Source: an uncultured Chlamydiae bacterium (GTDB lineage: Bacteria > Chlamydiota > Chlamydiia > Chlamydiales > JAJFMA01). From it: a DNA stretch of 64,000 nucleotides. Positions within the stretch are counted from its first letter, which is position 1. Every line of letters starts with the position of its first letter. The stretch covers positions 3,136,001 to 3,200,000 of the forward strand of contig CAVQMM010000001.1 of the NCBI GenBank assembly GCA_963713615.1, in the 5' to 3' direction. Positions 62,136 through 64,000 of the stretch are shown one piece after another. The position numbers and the translations under genes were made by a program. The notes under the pieces were generated by a model that saw only the letters and a program-made list of their open reading frames with translations, ran no database searches and was not told the origin of the DNA.

Positions 62136-62295
62136 GGCCTTGTTCGACTTTTCGCACAGTTTTCGGTCGGCTGCGAGGCGCCCATCTGCAGCATTCGCCT
62201 CCTCGGCAATAGCTAGCGCTATTCCCTCGTCATCGACTGCTGCATCTGGGACCTCTCGCCTGACCGAAATTCTGCCCGGAAAGCCGAACAAGGCC
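62136..62295. mobile_element. 160-bp MITE, diverged copy 3
   Basis: GGCCTTGTTC/GAACAAGGCC ends, same length and central CTCCTCGG..ATAGCT.GCGCTAT.CCCTCGTCA core. Confidence 0.85.
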
Positions 62296-62393
62296 TAATT
62301 CTTAATCCTCCTCTTTCCCTCTTCGCTTATGCCTGTGTTGTCAAGTCCTACATTTGTTTCAATCACGGCGTGATCTCAGCTTACTCCCATTAT

Positions 62394-62774
62394 TTAATCT
62401 CTTAACTCAACTTCAACTTTAGGGTTTTTAATATCATATTCGGTCCACCAACTTGAATTAGCTCCAAAACCATTGAGAATCACTTCATTTTGAGAACATT
62501 GGATGTCGCATATATCTTCAATGGGTTCAAAAATATCTAATGAAAGCTGCTTCCAATGGTTGAGATGCGGATCGAACTGCCTAAATCTGATGCTGTCCCA
62601 TGAATGAAACAAAAGCCTTACTTTTCCTAATTCTTTGCCTAGATTTTCGCCAGCTTCAATGCGGGCTCCATCAGTTGTTATTTGTAAGAATCGCTTATTT
62701 TCATCAAATTCTATAGCTATGACACAAAAATCAGGAAAAGTTAGTTTTTTCAAATATTCAAATCCAAGCATCAT
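62394..62774 (-). CDS. Putative immunity protein of the Rhs toxin
   Basis: Small AT-rich acidic ORF immediately after the toxin stop. Confidence 0.7.
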   Translation of the reverse strand: MMLGFEYLKKLTFPDFCVIAIEFDENKRFLQITTDGARIEAGENLGKELGKVRLLFHSWDSIRFRQFDPHLNHWKQLSLDIFEPIEDICDIQCSQNEVILNGFGANSSWWTEYDIKNPKVEVELRD

Positions 62775-62778
62775 TTGT

Positions 62779-64000
62779 TTACAATTCCCCAAATACTATA
62801 TCTTTAATTTGAATATGAGCTTCCAAGGACCTTTTGTCCACAACTTGTAAATTGGAATTTAATGAACGCCCTGACCTATCATAAATATGCAAATGGCTAT
62901 AAGGCGTCGTTTTATCTGCTGGGTGAATTTTTACTCTAAGAGTCCCCTGTTTGTCTAGAAATTTCATAAAGCGTGAATCAGGACTTTTTCCTCCAAGCTT
63001 CAGGCCCACTGCTTCTAGGTCTCTCGTAATTTGTTCATAGCTTAGATTCTCGGCTCCATTTAAATATTGTTTGATCGATGTTCGTGTTAGGGATGGTTTT
63101 ACTGATGCGAAGGCAAGGGTTTCTTCTGCAGCCCGTATTCCCGCTGTAGAGACCGATGAGCTTCCACCTTGTGTGACGAGGGTTTCAGCGCCTGTAGCAG
63201 CAACTTTACTCCGTAGCATCATTCGGGAGCCTAGCTGCAAGACCTTGCCACCTGCATACATCCCGACGCCAGCTGCCATGCGAAAGGGATTAACCCATGT
63301 AGCCAGTCCTGCTACCTCTCCCATGCGCTCTGCGATAAAGCAACGTTGACCATCTTGGCCAAGGCTATTCCACTTATCCGAGATTTTGGAGAAGTCACGA
63401 TTCCAGATCGCACTGCCAAGATGATAGCCATAATTCAAGAAACGACTACCTGTATTGATAGGGTGGGCCATCCCTTGCAAGCAACCCGAACCACCCGCTT
63501 TGCATTCTTCCCACGAAAGTCGATTCGTGGTGTATTCCACAGCCAGTCCCCAAGGGTCATAGAGAATGAGTGGGTTATTCTGCACATAGACATAGAGGTT
63601 CGGTCCATCTGCAAAGCCTATAGGGTCTGGTGTTAGCCAACGACCCAAATGACAATCATAGTCTCGCTTACCAAACTGAATCAATTTGGTGTGTGGGTCC
63701 AGACGCTTACTTGCAAATAGCCACGGATTACCCAAAGGTGAATTAGGTAGCATGGCTAAGGTGGCATTGTAGATTTGTACTTCGCCATATGCCGAATAGC
63801 GATAAAACTCAACGGTTTGGCCTGAAGTGGCCTCCAAAAGGCAACAGACATTCCCACGATGATCATGAAGGGGTGCATAGACATTTCCAGCCAATTCAAC
63901 AGCGATGGCAGCGCCTAGCTCCGCTCCCTTGCCAGTACCAAGCACGCGCAATTGTGTGCACAGGCCGTTTTCGAACGCACCAACCTCTCTTTGGTTCTGA
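62779..64000 (-). CDS. Rhs repeat protein, 3' part, with C-terminal toxin domain
   Basis: YRYSAYGE, GRWLTPDPIG, NLYVYVQNNPL..DPWGL core end; His-rich tip; frame open to the window edge. Confidence 0.92.
   Translation of the reverse strand, partial: QNQREVGAFENGLCTQLRVLGTGKGAELGAAIAVELAGNVYAPLHDHRGNVCCLLEATSGQTVEFYRYSAYGEVQIYNATLAMLPNSPLGNPWLFASKRLDPHTKLIQFGKRDYDCHLGRWLTPDPIGFADGPNLYVYVQNNPLILYDPWGLAVEYTTNRLSWEECKAGGSGCLQGMAHPINTGSRFLNYGYHLGSAIWNRDFSKISDKWNSLGQDGQRCFIAERMGEVAGLATWVNPFRMAAGVGMYAGGKVLQLGSRMMLRSKVAATGAETLVTQGGSSSVSTAGIRAAEETLAFASVKPSLTRTSIKQYLNGAENLSYEQITRDLEAVGLKLGGKSPDSRFMKFLDKQGTLRVKIHPADKTTPYSHLHIYDRSGRSLNSNLQVVDKRSLEAHIQIKDIVFGEL

Noticed and set aside
61818..62216. Plus-strand 132-aa ORF
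   Set aside because: Antisense to the orphan toxin/immunity remnants and runs into the MITE

Overview
This 64 kb window is from an environmental member of the phylum Chlamydiae (not Chlamydiaceae). The evidence is chlamydial synteny blocks (pbp2/rpsB-tsf-pyrH-frr/mcsAB, sufBCDS, T3SS sctJ-K-L-R-S-T, rsmB, tatD-dsbD/tolQRAB-pal-LysM) plus murI and metK, which Chlamydiaceae lack. It holds three tRNAs (Gly-TCC, Glu-TTC, Lys-TTT). The strongest candidate system lies between rsmB and tatD: a RiPP-type cluster of a DUF692 multinuclear iron oxidase (MNIO), a DUF2063-type partner and an unusually large secreted precursor. The precursor is about 600 aa once one homopolymer frameshift is bridged, is Gly/Asn/Ser-rich, has repeated WGDDxAPQQ motifs and ends in a bufferin-like CKGxNSCKG Cys cluster. 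Intergenic space is filled with several families of nested, modular palindromic repeats and a 160-bp MITE, one copy with an 8-bp target duplication. The right end holds an Rhs toxin, its immunity gene and orphan modules. Several frameshifts (rpsB, three A-runs) look like consensus errors. All family assignments come from motif recognition; no database search was run.
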